Position numbers and translations under genes: made by a program
Source of the DNA: Owenia fusiformis
Taxonomy: Eukaryota
Reading direction: 5' to 3'
DNA: 64,000 nucleotides
Assembly (NCBI GenBank): GCA_903813345.2
Contig: CAIIXF020000001.1
Coordinates: forward strand, 20,770,001 to 20,834,000
Notes under the pieces: model-generated
The model's input: the letters and a program-made list of their open reading frames with translations, nothing else
Database searches by the model: none
What the model was told of the DNA's origin: nothing
In this document: positions 42,501 through 51,500 of the stretch, one piece after another
How the letters are laid out: each line of letters opens with the position of its first letter
Numbering within the stretch: position 1 is the stretch's first letter

Positions 42501-45500
42501 CTTATGTGGCCAGCCTCTAGAGATATCATCACTGGATCTGAAATAAGTGAGATTTCCACTGAAAACCTTTATTTTGACACTTATTCTTAGCCTGATAAGG
42601 AACAAACATGAGAAATTAGCTACTTGTAAAGATGTAAAATACAAAATAGATATTATGTAAATTTTCTGCCTAAATGATCTAAAATGTTAAGGATTAAAGC
42701 AATGTGAAGTCACAATAAAAGCATAGATGTTTACTAAGTTAGTACAAATTAAACAATGGGTTACTATTGTTGTCCATACAATATAGTTATCCTGAGATTG
42801 TGTGTTTCAGGTGAGTGTGGTGGGGACAATCCCTGTGCCAGCATGCCCTGCATGAACATGGGCTCCTGCATGAGACTCGATAAACGCAACTTCAAGTGCG
42901 TCTGCCCCAAAGGCTTTGAAGGTAAATACTGTCTACCCTCAATGATAATAGCACCAATAGCACCAGGATTTATAAGGTTTGAAATTTCACATGAGTATGG
43001 CAATTTATAAATGCTTTTAAGTAGGTTTAGTAGATTTTTCTCACTAGTGTTACTTGTAGTTGTCCAATCTACAATATAATATGTGTGTGTTGCTTAAAAC
43101 CTGTGTTTTGACCAGTATATTGTTTCAGTTTGAAAAGTAATTCTATAATTCAACTTCCCTGGAATATATTGGATGAAATGTACTTACTGTATTTTATATC
43201 GCTGTTAGGTTCTGTGTGTGAGAGAGGAGAAGACAAGTGCCAATCAATGCCATGTCATCACGGTGCTACATGTCGCAGTGTACCAAATGGAGACTTCATG
43301 TGTGAATGTCCTAAGGGCTGGAAGGGAACATTCTGTGAAACTGGTACAATTTACCATTTTTGTATCGGAGTTAGGCTCATCTTTTTTTATTTATCTAGTC
43401 ACATCTCATTATGTCTACACCTCATGTCTCCTCATTGCTGCTAATGTAATATTTTTGTGCAGTTAAATGATAATTCTCTTTAATAAAACTGAAATACATG
43501 TATAGCTCTCTATGTCTGTCGTGTTGAGTATCTCAATGTTTGTTGTGTTTTGGAGGAAAGGCCTATTTCACCACATTTGTTTAAAATTTTAATTTGAATG
43601 TAGACACATACCTTGGTATAAAAATAATAAGTTATGTTGATTCCAGAGACAAAAGGCGGATTAGAGGAGGTCATGGTCCCAGAATTTAATGGTCGCTCCT
43701 ACTTGGTCCAACCACTTAAAGGAAAATTTGCCAGACACATAGACCTGGAAGTATGGTTCTTGGCCAAAACGTCAAATGGTAAGGCAACATTTTGTGATTG
43801 ATATAATTTTTTATACTCCAAATATCTTTAACTTGATTTTGATACATGTACAATTTTTATACATTTAGCCCCAAAATCCATCTAAGTTTGAATCCTTGTA
43901 TTAGGAGGAATGCATAGGAATCATATTTTAAATTTGTTATTTTATTTAGGAATGTTGCTATATGTTGGACAGCAACCAGATGGAAAAGGTGACTTCCTCT
44001 CTCTAAATTTGGTCAATGGACACCTACAGTTCCGGTTTGACCTTGGGAGTGGACATGCAAACATCACGTAAGTCTGAGACATAAAGCAAACACATAAATC
44101 TGACATATACCTTCATGACTCCATTGAGCATTGGATATATCTAACAATTCCAGTCCGTGATATCTTGGATTGTGAGATTTTTCTGACCATGAAGTCAGCT
44201 GTAATGTATCTTTTACATCCATCCATTATATCTAACCAAAATATACAATAATGATTATGTTAATAGGACTCTGATAATAAAAGGGGCAATTAACCCATCA
44301 TCATACTTTTTCCATGACTTTGATTTCATATCCACCATAAAGGTAATCTTTAGTTAGGAAGGTTAGGCTTAGAAATGCTCCATGTATTATATGATATATT
44401 CAAATTATAGGACAACAAGTGAACATGACTGTATAGTACTATGATTTTACCTATTAGTTTCATGTTAGTGATTATATCTTAAAATTGAACTGTCTTTAGG
44501 AGCTCTAGTCGTATCCCACTAAATGTGTGGCATCGTGTACAACTGGACCGAAACAACAGGAAGGGGAGTATTTCTATCGATGGAGGTCCAAAAGCAGTTG
44601 GATCTGCTGGGGTAAGTTCACCTCTTTCACTGTTTTGCTCCTCAAATGGGCCAAGCAAAATATCAATGTTTTTGTGAGACTAGTTATTCTAGGAGAATAT
44701 ATAAAGCCAGATTTTTCTCCAGAAGAACATTATTGAGTGATATCCCACATCGATTCGAATTATATACGGTTTAAGGAACAGGAGGACGTAGATCTTACTG
44801 AATTGCACAAAAAACATTGAAATTATGACCTGGCCTGATCATGTTGTATAGTAATCGCTCATCTTTGCTTTGTGCTACAACTGTGGTTTGCTTAAATGGA
44901 CAGGGGTCAATAAAATGTAACTAATTTTGATTTTATGATAAAATAACATATTTTGCTGGAACTCAGTGATTTGATCAGACACCTTCCACATACAATAACA
45001 ATGTTCACCTTAATGATGTTGAAGTAGAAAATACTATTATAGGAATCATCAATGAATTATGGTATCTGTATAACTTGCTTCATACTGCTTTACTGTCAAC
45101 TCCTAATAAACTTGACAAAAACCACATCATGATCTTCCAACAGAATATATGACTTAATGACATTGGTTCCGATCATGAGATTATGTGATCAACAATAAGT
45201 GGCCAAGCTTAGTATTGTTGAATATTGTGTGATTCAAATTTTTTATACCTCATAAAATGCTGCATGTACTTCTGCAATATTAAATGTCACACTCTCAAAG
45301 TTGTTGGTAATATCATTAATAACAAATCTTGAGACCATTGCCATTTAATGATTAAACACTCTTTTCAAAGTTTTGTCTTATAAATGAGCGCATGAAATAA
45401 ATATTTCTTGTTGTCTTTAATTGGTACATATTCAGAAGGTATAGTATAGTGTAACATCAAAGTCAAAGCTTTTCCTTCTATTTCATTTCTAGGACCAAGT

Positions 45501-48500
45501 GGTATGTGCATTAGAATTTTATTTGGCTCAAGAAAATAACTAACTGAGCAAAAATAAGTGGAACCAAGAACAGGGGTAGTATCCAAGCGACAAGAGGCCC
45601 TCTTGCAATACTTATATTGTGTTGTCAAATACTGGTATAATTGGGATATAGCACATGGTACTGTGATGTAAAAATAGGCCATGATTTCTTGGATACTACT
45701 TGTAAAAAATCTCCTGTGAATAATAATAAGAAGAATGTTGTTTGTACAAAATCCATGCACATATACATAATGCACAAATCAAAAGTTATTTAATGAACAG
45801 AGGCCATTTAGTTTTTTCATCAATTGCAGTAATGATCCAATCGAATTTCTTCTTTGTGCATGACATAGCCCTCCTTTGTAACAGTAAAACTTGTATATTG
45901 GAATACTTATCCTAAGTTCAGACCCCACACCTTCTTTTGGGCCTATTCTAACTCTCATATTGTCAGGACTTCATAAATAAACATCATTTTCCTAGTCTGA
46001 ATTGTGACGAAACAAAAAGAATGAGCTGGCTGTTCAGGTGATTAAAATGTTTTGTTTTTTTTCTTTTCGCTGATCAATATAATCCTACATCATTTTTCCT
46101 ACAGTAAAATAAATATCATGTCTTGCATGCTCCATCTAATACATTTCAAGTTGCTGAGTTGATCAATGGTTCTTCACTGGTGCAAGTCACCAGGGGTATT
46201 CACATTAGACAAGTTTTACTGTTTTATCGCTATGTATTACTCAAGGGTATGATCTTGTTCACCCCCCTGTGTCCGCTTGATTTATCTTATTGTACATCTT
46301 CGTAAAACATGTTACTTTGAATGTTTAGTAATTGGTATTAGTACTGTGTACTAGAGTTGGAGATCTTCGTTCGATAAATATGCCCAAATATGGGCTTGCA
46401 AAGCTCTAAGCGTTTTGTCTGTTCTCATAAACTCGGGTGACAGCATTGTAAATGGCATTTAGCACTTCAAAGCATTTTAACATACATCTCTACAGTCTCC
46501 CTAATAAATATGGTATAAAAATGATACATATGTATAGAAAGAATAATTATTTAAGTCACTCAGTTATATGTATTTTGTATTTCTATTTTGTATTTCTTGT
46601 ACAAATTTTGTTAATTCACTGATTTATATAAATTGCAGAAAGAGCATTGAAAACATTTAAATAAACTATCGTTCTAAAATAGTTACTTCTATGTATTTTT
46701 AAATCTCAACAAGTACATGTAGCACTATGGTTATTATATTTTGAGTGCATGACAAATGTAGTATATAATCTATTTATATGATTAATAACATATGGCACAC
46801 CCTGTATATCTTGATACACCTTATATAATAAATGTAACTAAATCACAGATTTTACAAATATTTTGAATGCTTAGTTTGTTGCATTTTTGATATAATATTG
46901 CTAAATTCCAATTACTGGGCCCAGTTGTTTGAATGTCAAATTAATAGTGGTTTTGATCAACTGGCCCCAGTACTGATACAATGTACAGGGTTTCATCAAC
47001 AGTAGTTTTTGAGCAGAGATACACAACATTTTTGAATGATCTAATTTAATAAAGTGTTAAGGTACTTACTTTTAAATGAACTGAATCCCACACATTGCTT
47101 CAAAATTGTTAAAGTCTCAAAGTAAAACATCATATTTTACTTTACTTGTGATTACAATAATAACCAGAACAACGGCAACGCCAAAGCGTAGCGAATCCCA
47201 TCGAACAGAAATGGCTGGCATTTTTACAAATAAAGCGCAAATATCATAAAACAACACACCAGAAAGGCCACCATTTTCAAAATGGTTACTCACTAGTCAA
47301 GTTGTCATCAGAAGAAATAATATGCTTTTAAGTAGCCACCTCTAAAATTTTTTGAAAAATCGCACACGTACTTGTTAAATAACACACGTAAAAATGGTGG
47401 CCATTTTTCAAAATGGCCGACTACTCCCCAAAGTTTTATTAGACAATGTGCCATGCTTATAGTATTCACATACCAAATATGAACAAAATCGCTCTACTAC
47501 TTTTCGAGTTATAGTAAAATACGTTTACATGGCGGTCATTTTTCAAAATTGTTTTCAAAATGGCCGCCTTCTACCAAAAGTGTCATAGGACAGTGTGCCA
47601 TGCTTATAGTATTCACATACCAAATATGAACAAAATCGCTCCACTACTTTTCGAGTTATAGTAAAATACATCATTAAAATGGCGGCCATTTTTCAAAATT
47701 GTTTTCAAAATGGCCGCCTTCTACCAAAAGTGTCATAGGACAGAGTGCCATGCTTATAGTATTCACATACCAAATATGAACAAAATCGCTCCACTACTTT
47801 TCGAGTTATAGTAAAATACGTTAAAATGGCGGCCATTTTTCAAAATGGCCACCTTCTACCAAAAGTGTCTTTAGACAGTGTGCAATGCTTATAGTATTCA
47901 CACACCAAATATAAACAAAATCGCTCCACTATTTTTAGAGTTACAGCAAAAATCGTAAAATGACAAGTAAAGGCCGCCATTTTTCAAGATGGCTGCCATG
48001 TGCTTTTTAATATCTACATTTGTAGTATTATTAATGTCCTTTATAATATTTTTTACATTTAAAACATATTGCTATTACAGTTTTACATATTGCACCTAAA
48101 TTACTGTAAAATCGTCACTAAAATGGCCGCCATTTTGAAATGAGCGGCCATTTTGAAAATTGGCTTTCGAGCAGAACTTCTACCTCCATAGGGTATATGT
48201 GTACGAAATATGAACAAAATCGGGCCAACGGTATTTGAGTTATTGCCCGGACGGACGGACGGACAGACGGACGGACGGACAGACGGACGTACGTACGGAC
48301 GGACGGACGGACGGAGGCGTTCCCTATATCCCTCCGAACTTCGTTCGATGGGATAATGAATGTGAATGTGAAAGTATTGAATAGCATAACATTGTAGAGT
48401 GTTATTGTATCTGTAGGGCAATCTGAAAGACTTGAACTTGGGACCTGACCTATACATTGGAGGCTTTAAGAGCAAGAATCAACTCAGTCCAGACTCAGGG

Positions 48501-51500
48501 GTGACAACAGGATTCAACGGGGCCATACAGAGGGTAAGTACAGGCTCATGCATAGCCATAGTAAAACATGGTAAATGGATGATATAAATTAATGCATGTA
48601 TAACCATATTTGAGGTAGCTGTGTTCATTGTGTCAGTTTGTGTATTTTCTGAAGATTTTTCAGTGTCTTATAAGTCACCTGATCTTTAAAGTCCTCGCTC
48701 TTGCTATACATCTACTATCATTCAAAGGAGTGACTAATCTATAGCTCTGGTTTTATAACATATTGTTAGCTCATTCATGTCGTCACTGTGTTTCACATCA
48801 GCTCTACTCATCATAAATTTTGTGTAATGGATGGGTAGGATTAAGCCTTTCTCTTGACTATAAACTGTGAAAACCATTATGAACGCCTTGCTCATTTAGA
48901 AAAATTCATTTTCAAAAAATCTGTTTCATTAACAAGAGTAGATGTGTGGTCAAATAGATTATATGCAGAATTTAGTGTGAAACATGAAAGGCCCCTCTGT
49001 TAGCTCCCTAACCATAGCATACATGTATGTACTTGTTCACCTCTAGGTGTATGTGAATGGACGTCAGATTGATGACCTTGTGAAGGGGGCTATAGAGAAG
49101 GAGTTGATCACTCCCTATGTGGGTCCCCCTTGTATGGCCTCTCCCTGTCTCAATGGAGGCGTATGTGTCCCTATAATGAATGAAGCCAAATGTAAATGCC
49201 CAATGAAATTCACAGGGGACAGATGTGAGAAATGTAAGTTCATTCACATTTTACAAAAGACTTCAAAACATTGTACTTATTTAATGCTTATAATCTTAAA
49301 TCCTGAAGCAACAGTAGGTACATTTGTCGGTCTGTTTTCTAATCATTCACAGATTGTGACATTTTGTTAAAGGAATATTCCTTGCCAGACCCTTTCTCTC
49401 TTGATATGGTAGCTATAATCATATATATAGTTTCCATATTTAGCAAAACATGGGAAAATGTTTTAATATGGTCAATATTGATCATTTAAAAATCTTGTGC
49501 TTATTTCCAGTGAGCTGCCATCTTTTAAGATTTCTTGCAGGAAGTGATGTCATCAACTCTCAACTTCTATAACCTTGCCCATAACAGTATAGGAAAGTAG
49601 CACAAATTCACTTCTAGACAAGTGATCATTACTTTCTGTGCAAAAATAGTTCCAGGGCTTGTCAACTTAGAATAAAAGAATAGATTTTCAGAAGGATTAA
49701 ATAAGATGCAAAGTTGAAAAAGAATATTTAGCTGGTTTTGTAATTCTTAATAGCTCCTCACCTAATGCAATATGCAAAGTTGAGAGTCGATGACATCACT
49801 TCCTGTGTGAAATTTTAAAAGATGGCAGCTTACTGGAATTGAGCAAAAAAGTGATCAAATTTGACCATATCAAAACATTTTTGCGTGTTTGGCTAAACAT
49901 GGCAAGCATATATATGGTTATAGCTACCATATGAGGAGAGAGATGGTTTGGCAAGGAATATTCCTTTAATACATTACTAAATCATATCTCTTGATATGGA
50001 ACTGTAATATGATATCGAAACTGCATTCTGATACTCATAGCATCTTTCTGTTTCACCTGAAACATGATCTCAGGGCTGAGAAGATTTGAGATGTCATGGT
50101 TTATCATGATGTCGAAACTGTAATATAGAGAGAAGATAGCACAGTACAATAATTGTATTTTTGGTGATTGTTATTTCAGCCACTGACTCTGTTGACACTG
50201 ACCAACCTGTAGCATTTGATGGAAAGACCCAGCTTATGTACCCAAATATGGTGACAGAGAGGTAGGCATTTCACATCATTCATATTTTTCTATTGTCAGG
50301 CAGTAATATTTTTTTTGTTTTTGTCTCCACTTTAGTTTTATGCTTCTTGGTTTAAAATCTAGACCCTGGTAGTTTCGAGCAAGCTTTGCAAATGATAAGG
50401 AAACCAATTTGAATTTTACTTCCTCAAAATTGTGTGTTGCCAGATAAAACATTTAACGTGAAATATATAAGACATTCAAATGTTCGAAGATGCTTCTTGA
50501 TGTGACTACCAGGACATAATACATTTTTGAGTATATTGAGTGTTTACTTAATAAGGTGCAATGTCAATATCTGGGTATCCCACTGTATGCCATAGACCTG
50601 GGATGAATATACTAAACTATGCTAATCCCTCCATAGGCATCTTTCATGTGCAAAATATATATGTATATATAATTTCAGAGCACGAAGTCAGAAGGAAAAT
50701 AAATTCGAAGTGGTATTTAAGACTGAGAAGGACAATGGGCTGATCCTGATGCAGAACAAGGGTGACAATGTGAGGGGAGACTATGTAGCTATAGCCCTAG
50801 CAAGTGGTAAAGTTCAAGTCAGCTACAACCTTGGCAAGAACTCTGAGAAAGATCTACATGTTATCAAGAACCCAACTAAAGTGAATGATGAAAAATGGCA
50901 CACATTGACCTTCACAAGGTGAGGATACGTTAATGATAAATAATTGAGACAGAAAACAAGAGTGGAAAAATACTTTAGAGAATGCATTCCATTTGTTTAA
51001 GAATGACGGTGAGTTATTATCCCCTTTGCTTGGTGTTAGTGTCACAAGCACAGAAAGTCAGCATGATGCTCTTGTGTTATTTCTATTATCCAATAGTCAA
51101 CACTGTCTACATTCCTACTATAGTAATTACCTGTCATTTTGAAAGAGAAATGTCAATAGTTTTGTTGAATACCATGCTAATGATGGATTGCAATGTTCTC
51201 CCAATGATCTTTACTCCACTTGCTGCAAAATTTTCAGGAACATATTCTGACCAAGAAATGTTTTCTATCCAAAGTTTTCATTTCCAAATTCCCAATCCAT
51301 TTTAACAGGGGTAGCACTGGGTTGGTTCAAATAGGTGATTACTTACTCTGTTGTGTTGAGATCTAAGTGCCCAGTTGAAGTATTAAAGATTGTTTTGAAT
51401 GAAGAATGATTATTTGTGTCTCTAGGGAAAAGCGTAAGGGCATCCTGGTGATTGATGGTGGCACACCTGTGGAAGATGAATCCCCCAAGGGTTCAACATC

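Noticed and set aside
48101-48475. Minus-strand ORFs with RPSV repeats
   Set aside because: They derive from the (GGAC)n tract of the HINE-like element and the antisense of an agrin exon.
50300-50302. 3-nt GCA microexon at the z-like site
   Set aside because: The upstream intron would be only 38 nt.
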